A stretch of 64,000 bases of DNA from Bugula neritina (Eukaryota > Animalia > Bryozoa): contig CAXIUT010000230.1 in the NCBI GenBank assembly GCA_964035545.1, positions 1,302,001 through 1,366,000 of the forward strand, read 5' to 3'. The notes beneath the pieces are model-generated. The model was given only the letters and a program-made list of their open reading frames with translations. It was not told where the DNA came from and made no database searches. This document shows, piece after piece, positions 16,701 through 33,000 of the stretch (the stretch's first letter is position 1; every line of letters begins with the position of its first letter). Position numbers and translations under genes: made by a program.

Positions 16701-19700
16701 TACACTGCTACACATTGAAACATACTGCAACATACTGAAATACACTGGGACACATTGAAATACACTGCAAAATACTGCAACATACTGCAACATACTGAAA
16801 TACATTGCAACACATTAAAATATACTGCAACATACTGAAACATACTGAAATATACTGCAACACACTGAAACATACGGCAACATACCGAAATAAACTGCGA
16901 CACGTTGAAAATTACTGCAACATACTGAAATATACTGCGACGCCTTAAAATATACTGCAACATACTGAAATAGACTGCAAGTGGTGCAACATACTGAAAT
17001 ACCTTGTGACACACTGAAATACAGTGCAACAAACTGCAACATACTGAAATATTGTGCGACACAATAAAATATACTGCAACATATTGAAATATACTGTAAC
17101 ATACTCCAACATACCAAAATACACTGCAACACATTAAAATATACTGCAACATACTGAAACATACTGCAACATACTGAAATACACTGTGACACCCTGAAAT
17201 ACACTGCAACATACTGCAACATACTGCAACATACTGAATTACACTGGAACATATTGATATACACTGCAACACATTGAAATATACTGCAACACACTGAACC
17301 ATATGGCAACATACCGAAATTTGCTGCGACACACTGAAAAATACTGCAACATACGAATTATACTTCAAGTGGTACAACATACTGAAATACAATGTGACAC
17401 ACTGAAATGCACTGCAACATACTGCAACATACTGCAACATACTGAAATATTGTGCGACACATTGAAATATACTGCAACGTATTGAAATATACTGTAACAT
17501 ACTGCAACATACTAAAATACACTGCAACATACTGAAACACATTGCAACACATTAAAATATACTGCGACATACTGAAACATACTGCAACATGCTGAAATAT
17601 ACTGCAACATACTGAAATACACTATAACATATTGAAATATACTGCAACATACTGAATTACACTCTAACATACTGAAATATGCTGTAGCATACTGAAATAC
17701 ACTGCAACACACTGAAGTATACTGTAATACACTGAAATGTAATGCAACATACTGAATTATACTGCAACATAGTGCAACATACTGAAATACACTGTGACAC
17801 ACTGAAATACGCTGAAACATAATGCAACATACTGCAACATACTGAAATACACTGTAACATATCGAAATACACTGCAACATACTGCAACATACTGCAACAT
17901 ACTGAAATACACTACAACATACTGCAACATACTGAAATACACTGGAACATATTAAAATATACTGCGACACATTGAAACATACTGCAACATACTGAAATAT
18001 ACTGCAAGATACTGCAACATACTGAAACAGACTGTGACATACTGAAATACACTGCAACATACTGCAAGATACCGCAACCTACTGAAATACACTGAAACAT
18101 ATTGAAATACACTGCATCATACTGCAACATACTGAATTACACTGGAACATATTGATATACACTGCAACACATTGAAATATACTGCAACACACTGAAACAT
18201 ATGGCAATATACCAAAATATACTGCGACACCTTGAAAAATACTGCAACATACGAAATATACTGCAAGTGGTGCAACATACTGAAATACAATGTGACATAC
18301 TGCAACATACTGAAATATACTGCAAGATACCGCAACCTACTGAAATACACTGTAACATATTGAAATACACTGCATCATACTGCAACATACTGAATTACAC
18401 TGGAACATATTGATATACACTGCAACACATTCAAATATACTGCAACACACTGAAACATGCGGCAATATACCGAAATATACTGCGACACCTTGAAAAATAC
18501 TGCAACATACGAAATATACTGCAAGTGGTGCAACATACTGAAATACAATGTGACACACTAGAATACACTGCAACATACTGCAACATACTGCAACATACTG
18601 AAATACACTGTAACATATTGAAATATACTGCATCATACTGCAACATACTGAAAAACACTTGAACATATTGATATACACTGCAACTCATTGAAATATACTG
18701 CAACACACTGCATCATACGGCAGCATACCGAAATATACTGCGACACCTTGAAAAATACTGCAACATACTGAAATATACTGCAAGTGGTGCAACATACTGA
18801 AATACACTGTGACACACTGAAATACACTGCAACATACTGCAACATACTGCAACATACTGAAATATTGTGCGACACATTGAAATATACTGCAACATATTGA
18901 AATATACTGTAGGATACTGCAACATACTAAATTACACTGCAACATATTGAAATACATTGCAACACATTAAAATATACTGCGACATACTGAAACATACTGC
19001 AACATGCTGAAATATACTGCAACATACTGAAATACACTATATCATATTGAAATATACTGCAACATACTGAATTACACTCTAACATACTGTAATATGCTGT
19101 AGCATACTGAAATACACTGCAACACACTGAAGTATACTGTAATACACTGAAATGTAATGCAACATACTGAATTATACTGCAACATAGTGCAACATACTGA
19201 AATACACTGTGACACACTGAAATACACTGAAACATAATGCAACATACTGCAACATACTGAAATACACTGTAACATATCGAAATACACTGCAACATACTGC
19301 AACATACTGCAACATACTGAAATACACGGTAACATATCGAAATACACTGCAACATACTGCAACATACTGAAATGCACCGGAACATAATGGAATACCCTGC
19401 AACACATTGAAATATACTGCAACAGACTGAAACATAAGGTAACACAATGAAGTATACTGCGACACATTAAAATATACTGCAACATACTGAAATATACTGC
19501 AACATACTGAAATGTAATGTAATATACAGAAATATACTGTAACATACTGCAACATACTGCAACATACTGAATTACACTGGAACATATTGATATACACTGC
19601 AACACATTGAAATATACTGCAACACACTGAACCATATGGCAACATACCGAAATTTTACTGCGACACACTGAAAAATACTGCAACATACGAATTATACTTC

Positions 19701-19750
19701 AAGTGGTGCAACATACTGAAATGCAATGTGACACACTGAAATACACTGCA
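12651..19750. repeat. Tandem duplication, 3550-bp unit x2 (12651-16200, 16201-19750)
   Basis: ORF pairs 13070/16620, 13105/16655, 13962/17512, 14567/18117 and 15377/18927. Junction monomer CATAATACAA at 16201. Confidence 0.92.
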
Positions 19751-21609
19751 ACATACTGCAACATACTGAAATATTGTGCGACACATTGAAATATACTGCA
19801 ACATATTGAAATATACTGTAACATACTGCAACATACTAAAATACAATGCAACATACTGAAATACATTGCAACACATTAAAATATACTGCGACATACTGAA
19901 ACATACTGCAACATGCTGAAATATACTGCAACATACTGAAATACACTATAACATATTGAAATATACTGCAACATAGTGAATTACACTCTAACATACTGAA
20001 ATATGCTGTAGCATACTGAAATACACTGCAACACACTGAAGTATACTGTAATACACTGAAATGTAATGCAACATACTGAATTATACTGCAACATAGTGCA
20101 ACATACTGAAATACACTACAACATACTGCAACATACTGAAATACACTGGAACATATTGAAATACACAGCGACACATTGAAACATACTGCAACATACTGAA
20201 ATATACTGCAAGATACCGCAACCTACTGAAATACACTGTAACATATTGAAGTACACTGCATCATACTGCAACATACTGAATTACGCTGGAACATATTGAT
20301 ATACACTGCAACACATTCAAATATACTGCAACACACTGAAACATGCGGCAATATACCGAAATATACTGCGACACACTGAAAAACACTGCAACATACAAAT
20401 TATACTTCAAGTGGTGCAACATACTGAAATACAATGTGACACACTGAAATACACTGCAACATACTGCAACATACTGCAACATACTGAAATATTGTGCGAC
20501 ACATTGAAATATACTGCAACATATTGAAATATACTGTAACATACTGCAACATACTAAAATACACTGCAACATACTGAAATACATTGCAACACATTAAAAT
20601 ATACCGCGACATACTGAAACATACTGCAACATGCTGAAATATACTACAACATACTGAAATACACTATAACATATTGAAATATACTGCGACATACTGAATT
20701 ACACTCTAACATACTGAAATATGCTCTAGCATACTGAAATACACTGCAACACACTGTAGTATACTGTAATACACTGAAATGTGAAGCAACATACTGAATT
20801 ATACTGCAACATAGTGCAACATACTGAAATACACTACAACAAACTGCAACATACTGAAATACACTGGAACATATTGAAATACACTGCGACACATTGAAAC
20901 ATACTGCAACATTCTGAATTATACTGCAACATACTGCAACATACTGAAATACACTGTAACAAAAAGAAATATGCTGTAGCACACTGAAGTATTCTATAAT
21001 ATACTGAAATGTATTGCAACATACCGAAATAAACCGCAACGCATTGAATTACACTGTGACATATTGAAATATACCGCAACATACTGAAATGTAGTGTAAT
21101 ATGCAGAAATGTACTGTAACATACTGAAATATACTGTAACACACTGAAATATACTCTAACATACCGAAATACACTGTAACATACTGAAATATACTGCAAC
21201 ATACTGCAACATACTGAATTACACTTGAACATAATGAAATACACTGCAACACATTGAAATATACTGCAACATATCAAAATGAATGGTAAACTAGTAAAAT
21301 TTACTGTAACATAATGAAACATACCGGAACATACTGCAACATAACAAAATATAGTGCAACACATTGAAATATACGGCAACATACCGAAATATACTGCAAC
21401 ACGTTGAAAAATACTGCAACATACGAAATATACTGCAAGTGGTGCAACATACTGAAATACAATGTGACACACTGGAATACTCTGCAACATACTGCAACAT
21501 ACTGCAACATACTGAAATACACTGTAACAAAAAGAAATATGCTGTAGCACACTGAAGTATTCTATAATATATTGAAATGCAATGTGACACACTGAAATAC
21601 ACTGCAACA

Positions 21610-24020
21610 TACTGCAACATACTGAAATATTGTGCGACACATTGAAATATACTGCAACATATTGAAATATACTGTAACATACTGCAACATACTAAAATGC
21701 ACTGCAACATACTGAAATACATTGCAACACATTAAAATATACTGCGACATACTGAAACATACTGCAACATACTGAAATACACTATAACATATTGAAATAT
21801 ACTGCAACATAGTGAATTACACTCTAACATACTGAAATATGCTGTAGCATACTGAAATACACTGCAACACACTGAAGTATACTGCAATACACTGAAATGT
21901 AATGCAACTTACTGAATTATACTGCAACATAGTGCAACATACTGAAATACACTACAACATACTGCAACATACTGAAATACACTGGAACATATTGAAATAC
22001 ACTGCGACACATTGAAACATACTGCAACATACTGAAACATACTGCAAGATACTGCAACATACTGAAACAGACTGTGACATACTGAAATACACTGCAACAT
22101 ACTGCAAGATACTGCAACCTACTGAAATACACTGTAACATATTGAAATACACTGCATCATACTGCAACATACTGAATTACACTGGAACATATTGATATAC
22201 ACTGCAACACATTGAAATATACTGCAACACACTGAAACATGCGGCAATATACCGAAATATATTGCGACACCTTGAAAAATACTGCAACATACGAAATATA
22301 CTGCAAGTGGTGCAACATACTGAAATACAATGTGACACACTAGAATACACTGCAACATACTGCAACATACTGCAACATACTGAAATACACTGTATCATAT
22401 TGAAATACACTGCATCATACTGCAACATACTGAAAAACACTGGAACATATTGGTATACACTGCAACTCATTGAAATATACTGCAACACACTGCAACATAC
22501 GGCAGCATACCGAAATATACTGCGACACCTTGAAAAATACTGCAACATACTGAAATATACTGCAAGTAGTGCAACATACTGAAATACACTGTGACACACT
22601 GAAATACACTGCAACATACTGCAACAAACTGCAACATACTGAAATATTGTGCGACACATTGAAATATACTGCAACATATTGAAATATACTGTAACATACT
22701 GCAACATACTAAAATACACTGCAACATACTGAAATACATTGCAACACATTAAAATATACTGCGACACACTGAAACATACTGCAACATGCTGAAATATACT
22801 GCAACATACTGAAATACACTATAACATATTGAAATATACTGCAACATACTGAATTACACTCTAACATACTGAAATATGCTGTAGCATACTGAAATACACT
22901 GCAACACACTGAAGTATACTGCAATACACTGAAATGTAATGCAACTTACTGAATTATACTGCAACATAGTGCAACATACTGAAATACACTACAACATACT
23001 GCAACATACTGAAATACACTGGAACATATTGAAATACACTGCGACACATTGAAACATACTGCAACATACTGAAACATACTGCAAGATACTGCAACATACT
23101 GAAACAGACTGTGACATACTGAAATACACTGCAACATACTGCAAGATACTGCAACCTACTGAAATACACTGTAACATATTGAAATACACTGCATCATACT
23201 GCAACATACTGAATTACACTGGAACATATTGATATACACTGCAACACATTGAAATATACTGCAACACACTGAAACATGCGGCAATATACCGAAATATATT
23301 GCGACACCTTGAAAAATACTGCAACATACGAAATATACTGCAAGTGGTGCAACATACTGAAATACAATGTGACACACTAGAATACACTGCAACATACTGC
23401 AACATACTGCAACATACTGAAATACACTGTATCATATTGAAATACACTGCATCATACTGCAACATACTGAAAAACACTGGAACATATTGGTATACACTGC
23501 AACTCATTGAAATATACTGCAACACACTGCAACATACGGCAGCATACCGAAATATACTGCGACACCTTGAAAAATACTGCAACATACTGAAATAGACTGC
23601 AAGTAGTGCAACATACTGAAATACACTGTGACACACTGAAATACACTGCAACATACTGCAACAAACTGCAACATACTGAAATATTGTACGACACATTGAA
23701 ATATACTGCAACATATTGAAATATACTGTAACATACTGCAACATACTAAAATACACTGCAACATACTGAAATACATTGCAACACATTAAAATATACTGCG
23801 ACATACTGAAACATACTGCAACATGCTGAAATATACTGCAACATACTGAAATACACTATAACATATTGAAATATACTGCAACATACTGAATTACACTCTA
23901 ACATACTGAAATATGCTGTAGCATACTGAAATACACTGCAACACACTGAAGTATACTGTAATACACTGAAATGTAATGCAACATACTGAATTATACTGCA
24001 ACATAGTGCAACATACTGAA
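21610..24020. repeat. 1037-bp higher-order repeat, about 2.3 tandem copies; the same dimer recurs at ~33.6-36.0, 39.8-42.2 and 53.6-56.1 kb
   Basis: ORF pairs 21909/22946, 22119/23156, 33962/34999, 40069/41106 and 54006/55043 all have offset 1037. Confidence 0.92.
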
Positions 24021-27000
24021 ATACACTGTGACACACTGAAATACACTGAAACATAATGCAACATACTGCAACATACTGAAATACACTGTAACATATCGAA
24101 ATACACCGCAACATACTGCAACATACTGCAACATACTGAAATACGCCGTAACATATCGAAATACACTGCAACATACTGCAACATACTGAAATGCACCGAA
24201 ACATAATGGAATACCCTGCAACACATTGAAATATACTGCAACACACTGAAACATAAGGTAACACAATGAAGTATACTGCGACACATTAAACTATACTGCA
24301 ACATACTGAAATATACTGCGACGCCTTAAAATATACTGCAACATACTGAAATAGACTGCAAGTGGTGCAACATACTGAAATACACTGTGACACACTGAAA
24401 TACACTGCAACATACTGCAACATACTGCAACATACAGAAATACATGTAACATATTGAAATACACTGCATCATACTGCAACATACTGAAAAACACTGTAAC
24501 ATATTGATATACACTGCAACTCATTGAAATATACGGCAACACACTGCAACATACGTCAGCATACCGAAATATACTGCGACACCCTGAAAAAAACTGCAAC
24601 ATACTGAAATATACTGCAAGTGGTGCAACATACTGAAATACACTGTGATATACTGAAACACACTGCAACATACTGCAAGATATTGCAACGTACGGAAATA
24701 CAGTGTAACTTATTGAATTACACTGCATCATACTGCAACATACTGAGATACACTGGAACATATTGATATACACTGCAACACATTGAAATATACTGCAACA
24801 CACTGAACCATATGGCAACATACTGAAATTATCTGCGACACACTGAAAAATAATGCAACATACGAATTATACTTCAAGTGGTGCAACATACTGAAATACA
24901 ATGTGACACACTGAAATACACTGCAACATACTGCAACATACTGCAACATACTGAAATATTGTGCGACACATTGAAATATACTGCAACATATTGAAATATA
25001 CTGTAACATACTGCAACATACTAAAATACACTGCAACATACTGAAATACATTGCAACACATTAAAATATACTGCGACATACTGAAACATACTGCAACATG
25101 CTGAAATATACTGCAACATACTGAAATACACTATAACATATTGAAATATACTGCTACATACTGAATTACACTCTAACATACTGAAATATGCTGTCGCATA
25201 CTGAAATACACTGCAACACACTGAAGTATACTGTAATACACTGAAATGTGATGCAACATACTGAATTATACTGCAACATAGTGCAACATACTGAAATACA
25301 CTACAACAAACTGCAACATACTGAAATACACTGGAACATATTGAAATACACTGCGACACATTGAAACATACTGCAACATTCTGAATTATACTGCAACATA
25401 CTGCAACATACTGAAATACACTGTAACAAAAAGAAATATGCTGTAGCACACTGCAGTATTCTATAATATACTGAAATGTATTGCAACATACCGAAATATA
25501 CTGCAACGCATTGAATTACACTGTGACATATTGAAAAATACCGCAACATACTGAAATGTAGTGTAATATGCAGAAATGTACTGTAACATACTGAAATATA
25601 CTGTAACACACTGAAATATACTCTAACATACCGAAATACACTGTAACATACTGAAATATACTGCAACATACTGCAACATACTGAATTACACTTGAACATA
25701 ATGAAATACACTGCAACACATTGAAATATACTGCAACATATCAAAATGAATGGTAAACTAGTAAAATTTACTGTAACATAATGAAACATACCGGAACATA
25801 CTGCAACATAACAAAATATAGTGCAACACATTGAAATATACGGCGACATACCGAAATATACTGCAACACGTTGAAAAATACTGCAACATACGAAATATAC
25901 TGCAAGTGGTGCAACATACTGAAATACAATGTGACACACTGGAATACACTGCAACATACTGCCACATACTGCAACATACTGAAATACACTGTAACATATT
26001 GAAATACACTGCATCATACTGCAACATACTGAAAAACACTGGAACATATTGATATACACTGCAACTCATTGAAATATACTGCAACACACTGCAACATACG
26101 TCAGCATACCGAAATATACTGCGACACCTTGAAAAAGACTGCAACATACTGAAATATACTGCAAGTGGTGCAACATACTGAAATACACTGTGATATACTG
26201 AAATACACTGCAACATACTGCAAGATATTGCAACGTACGGAAATACAGTGTAACTTATTGAATTACACTGCATCATACTGCAACATACTGAGATACACTG
26301 GAACATATTAATATACACTGCAACACATTGAAATATATTGCAACACACTGAACCATATGGCAACATACCGAAATTTACTGCGACACACTGAAAAACACTG
26401 CAACATACAAATTATATTTCAAGTGGTGCAACATACTGAAATACAATGTGACACACTGAAATACACTGCAACATACTGCAACATACTGCAACATACTGAA
26501 ATATTGTGCGACACATTGAAATATACTGCAACATATTGAAATATACTGTAACATACTGCAACATACTAAAATACACTGCAACATACTGAAATACATTGCA
26601 ACACATTAAAATATACTGCGACATACTGAAACATACTGCAACATGCTGAAATATACTACAACATACTGAAATACACTATAACATATTGAAATATACTTTC
26701 GACATACTGAATTACACTCTAACATACTGAAATATGCTCTAGCATACTGAAATACACTGCAACACACTGTAGTATACTGTAATACACTGAAATGTGAAGC
26801 AACATACTGAATTATACTGCAACATAGTGCAACATACTGAAATACACTACAACAAACTGCAACATACTGAAATACACTGGAACATATTGAAATACACTGC
26901 GACACATTGAAACATACTGCAACATTCTGAATTATACTGCAACATACTGCAACATACTGAAATACACTGTAACAAAAAGAAATATGCTGTAGCACACTGA

Positions 27001-30000
27001 AGTATTCTATAATATACTGAAATGTATTGCAACATACCGAAATAAACCGCAACGCATTGAATTACACTATGACATATTGAAATATACCGCAACATACTGA
27101 AATGTAGTGTAATATGCAGAAATGTACTGTAACATACTGAAATATACTGTAACACACTGAAATATACTCTAACATACCGAACTACACTGTAACATACTGA
27201 AATATACTGCAACATACTGCAACATACTGAATTACACTTGAACATAATGAAATACACTGCAACACATTGAAATATACTGCAACATATCAAAATGAATGGT
27301 AAACTAGTAAAATTTACTGTAACATAATGAAACATACCGGAACATACTGCAACATAACAAAATATAGTGCAACACATTGAAATATACGGCAACATACCGA
27401 AATATACTGCAACACGTTGAAAAATACTGCAACATACGAAATATACTGCAAGTGGTGCAACATACTGAAATACAATGTGACACACTGGAATACTCTGCAA
27501 CATACTGCAACATACTGCAACATACTGAAATACACTGTAACAAAAAGAAATATGCTGTAGCACACTGAAGTATTCTATAATATATTGAAATGCAATGTGA
27601 CACACTGAAATACACTGCAACATACTGCAACATACTGCAACATACTGAAATATACTGCAAGTAGTGCAACATACTGAAATACACTGTGACACACTGAAAT
27701 ACACTGCAACATACTGCAACAAACTGCAACATACTGAAATATTGTGCGACACATTGAAATATACTGCAACATATTGAAATATACTGTAACATACTGCAAC
27801 ATACTAAAATACACTGCAACATACTAAAATACACTGCAACATACTGAAATACATTGCAACACATTAAAATATACTGCGACATACTGAAACATACTGCAAC
27901 ATACTGAAATACACTATAACATATTGAAATATAGTGCAACATAGTGAATTACACTCTAACATACTGAAATATGCTGTAGCATACTGAAATACACTGCAAC
28001 ACACTGAAGTATACTGCAATACACTGAAATGTAATGCAACTTACTGAATTATACTGCAACATAGTGCAACATACTGAAATACACTACAACATACTGCAAC
28101 ATACTGAATTACACTGGAACATATTGATATACACTGCAACACATTGAAATATACTGCAACACACTGAAACATGCGGCAATATACCGAAATATATTGCGAC
28201 ACCTTGAAAAATACTGCAACATACGAAATATACTGCAAGTGGTGCAACATACTGAAATACAATGTGACACACTAGAATACACTGCAACATACTGCAACAT
28301 ACTGCAACATACTGAAATACACTGTATCATATTGAAATACACTGCATCATACTGCAACATACTGAAAAACACTGGAACATATTGGTATACACTGCAACTC
28401 ATTGAAATATACTGCAACACACTGCAACATACGGCAGCATACCGAAATATACTGCGACACCTTGAAAAATACTGCAACATACTGAAATATACTGCAAGTA
28501 GTGCAACATACTGAAATACACTGTGACACACTGAAATACACTGCAACATACTGCAACAAACTGCAACATACTGAAATATTGTGCGACACATTGAAATATA
28601 CTGCAACATATTGAAATATACTGTAACATACTGCAACATACTAAAATACACTGCAACATACTGAAATACATTGCAACACATTAAAATATACTGCGACACA
28701 CTGAAACATACTGCAACATGCTGAAATATACTGCAACATACTGAAATACACTATAACATATTGAAATATACTGCAACATACTGAATTACACTCTAACATA
28801 CTGAAATATGCTGTAGCATACTGAAATACACTGCAACACACTGAAGTATACTGCAATACACTGAAATGTAATGCAACTTACTGAATTATACTGCAACATA
28901 GTGCAACATACTGAAATACACTACAACATACTGCAACATACTGAAATACACTGGAACATATTGAAATACACTGCGACACATTGAAACATACTGCAACATA
29001 CTGAAACATACTGCAAGATACTGCAACATACTGAAACAGACTGTGACATACTGAAATACACTGCAACATACTGCAAGATACTGCAACCTACTGAAATACA
29101 CTGTAACATATTGAAATACACTGCATCATACTGCAACATACTGAATTACACTGGAACATATTGATATACACTGCAACACATTGAAATATACTGCAACACA
29201 CTGAAACATGCGGCAATATACCGAAATATATTGCGACACCTTGAAAAATACTGCAACATACGAAATATACTGCAAGTGGTGCAACATACTGAAATACAAT
29301 GTGACACACTAGAATACACTGCAACATACTGCAACATACTGCAACATACTGAAATACACTGTATCATATTGAAATACACTGCATCATACTGCAACATACT
29401 GAAAAACACTGGAACATATTGGTATACACTGCAACTCATTGAAATATACTGCAACACACTGCAACATACGGCAGCATACCGAAATATACTGCGACACCTT
29501 GAAAAATACTGCAACATACTGAAATAGACTGCAAGTAGTGCAACATACTGAAATACACTGTGACACACTGAAATACACTGCAACATACTGCAACAAACTG
29601 CAACATACTGAAATATTGTGCGACACATTGAAATATACTGCAACATATTGAAATATACTGTAACATACTGCAACATACTAAAATACACTGCAACATACTG
29701 AAATACATTGCAACACATTAAAATATACTGCGACATACTGAAACATACTGCAACATGCTGAAATATACTGCAACATACTGAAATACACTATAACATATTG
29801 AAATATACTGCAACATACTGAATTACACTCTAACATACTGAAATATGCTGTAGCATACTGAAATACACTGCAACACACTGAAGTATACTGTAATACACTG
29901 AAATGTAATGCAACATACTGAATTATACTGCAACATAGTGCAACATACTGAAATACACTGTGACACACTGAAATACACTGAAACATAATGCAACATACTG

Positions 30001-33000
30001 CAACATACTGAAATACACTGTAACATATCGAAATACACCGCAACATACTGCAACATACTGCAACATACTGAAATACGCCGTAACATATCGAAATACACTG
30101 CAACATACTGCAACATACTGAAATGCACCGAAACATAATGGAATACCCTGCAACACATTGAAATATACTGCAACACACTGAAACATAAGGTAACACAATG
30201 AAGTATACTGCGACACATTAAACTATACTGCAACATACTGAAATATACTGCGACGCCTTAAAATATACTGCAACATACTGAAATAGACTGCAAGTGGTGC
30301 AACATACTGAAATACACTGTGACACACTGAAATACACTGCAACATACTGCAACATACTGCAACATACAGAAATACATGTAACATATTGAAATACACTGCA
30401 TCATACTGCAACATACTGAAAAACACTGTAACATATTGATATACACTGCAACTCATTGAAATATACTGCAACACACTGCAACATACGTCAGCATACCGAA
30501 ATATACTGCGACACCCTGAAAAAAACTGCAACATACTGAAATATACTGCAAGTGGTGCAACATACTGAAATACACTGTGATATACTGAAACACACTGCAA
30601 CATACTGCAAGATATTGCAACGTACGGAAATACAGTGTAACTTATTGAATTACACTGCATCATACTGCAACATACTGAGATACACTGGAACATATTGATA
30701 TACACTGCAACACATTGAAATATACTGCAACACACTGAACCATATGGCAACATACTGAAATTATCTGCGACACACTGAAAAATAATGCAACATACGAATT
30801 ATACTTCAAGTGGTGCAACATACTGAAATACAATGTGACACACTGAAATACACTGCAACATACTGCAACATACTGCAACATACTGAAATATTGTGCGACA
30901 CATTGAAATATACTGCAACATATTGAAATATACTGTAACATACTGCAACATACTAAAATACACTGCAACATACTGAAATACATTGCAACACATTAAAATA
31001 TACTGCGACATACTGAAACATACTGCAACATGCTGAAATATACTGCAACATACTGAAATACACTATAACATATTGAAATATACTGCTACATACTGAATTA
31101 CACTCTAACATACTGAAATATGCTGTCGCATACTGAAATACACTGCAACACACTGAAGTATACTGTAATACACTGAAATGTGATGCAACATACTGAATTA
31201 TACTGCAACATAGTGCAACATACTGAAATACACTACAACAAACTGCAACATACTGAAATACACTGGAACATATTGAAATACACTGCGACACATTGAAACA
31301 TACTGCAACATTCTGAATTATACTGCAACATACTGCAACATACTGAAATACACTGTAACAAAAAGAAATATGCTGTAGCACACTGCAGTATTCTATAATA
31401 TACTGAAATGTATTGCAACATACCGAAATATACTGCAACGCATTGAATTACACTGTGACATATTGAAAAATACCGCAACATACTGAAATGTAGTGTAATA
31501 TGCAGAAATGTACTGTAACATACTGAAATATACTGTAACACACTGAAATATACTCTAACATACCGAAATACACTGTAACATACTGAAATATACTGCAACA
31601 TACTGCAACATACTGAATTACACTTGAACATAATGAAATACACTGCAACACATTGAAATATACTGCAACATATCAAAATGAATGGTAAACTAGTAAAATT
31701 TACTGTAACATAATGAAACATACCGGAACATACCGCAACATAACAAAATATAGTGCAACACATTGAAATATACGGCGACATACCGAAATATACTGCAACA
31801 CGTTGAAAAATACTGCAACATACGAAATATACTGCAAGTGGTGCAACATACTGAAATACAATGTGACACACTGGAATACACTGCAACATACTGCCACATA
31901 CTGCAACATACTGAAATACACTGTAACATATTGAAATACACTGCATCATACTGCAACATACTGAAAAACACTGGAACATATTGATATACACTGCAACTCA
32001 TTGAAATATACTGCAACACACTGCAACATACGTCAGCATACCGAAATATACTGCGACACCTTGAAAAAGACTGCAACATACTGAAATATACTGCAAGTGG
32101 TGCAACATACTGAAATACACTGTGATATACTGAAATACACTGCAACATACTGCAAGATATTGCAACGTACGGAAATACAGTGTAACTTATTGAATTACAC
32201 TGCATCATACTGCAACATACTGAGATACACTGGAACATATTAATATACACTGCAACACATTGAAATATATTGCAACACACTGAACCATATGGCAACATAC
32301 CGAAATTTACTGCGACACACTGAAAAACACTGCAACATACAAATTATATTTCAAGTGGTGCAACATACTGAAATACAATGTGACACACTGAAATACACTG
32401 CAACATACTGCAACATACTGCAACATACTGAAATATTGTGCGACACATTGAAATATACTGCAACATATTGAAATATACTGTAACATACTGCAACATACTA
32501 AAATACACTGCAACATACTGAAATACATTGCAACACATTAAAATATACTGCGACATACTGAAACATACTGCAACATGCTGAAATATACTACAACATACTG
32601 AAATACACTATAACATATTGAAATATACTGCGACATACTGAATTACACTCTAACATACTGAAATATGCTCTAGCATACTGAAATACACTGCAACACACTG
32701 TAGTATACTGTAATACACTGAAATGTGAAGCAACATACTGAATTATACTGCAACATAGTGCAACATACTGAAATACACTACAACAAACTGCAACATACTG
32801 AAATACACTGGAACATATTGAAATACACTGCGACACATTGAAACATACTGCAACATTCTGAATTATACTGCAACATACTGCAACATACTGAAATACACTG
32901 TAACAAAAAGAAATATGCTGTAGCACACTGAAGTATTCTATAATATACTGAAATGTATTGCAACATACCGAAATAAACCGCAACGCATTGAATTACACTA

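Larger units (their letters stand above)
20360..27790. repeat. ~7.4-kb block duplicated at +18160 (~38520-45950)
   Basis: ORF pairs 20400/38560, 20644/38804, 21909/40069, 24291/42451 and 26357/44517. Shared private variant ATACCGCGAC at 20601 and 38761. Confidence 0.9.

Noticed and set aside
21271-21300. TGAATGG as human satellite II/III (GGAAT)n or a CENP-B box
   Set aside because: It is only a 5-7 bp resemblance and not tandem, and there is no match to the CENP-B box core (TTCG....A..CGGG).
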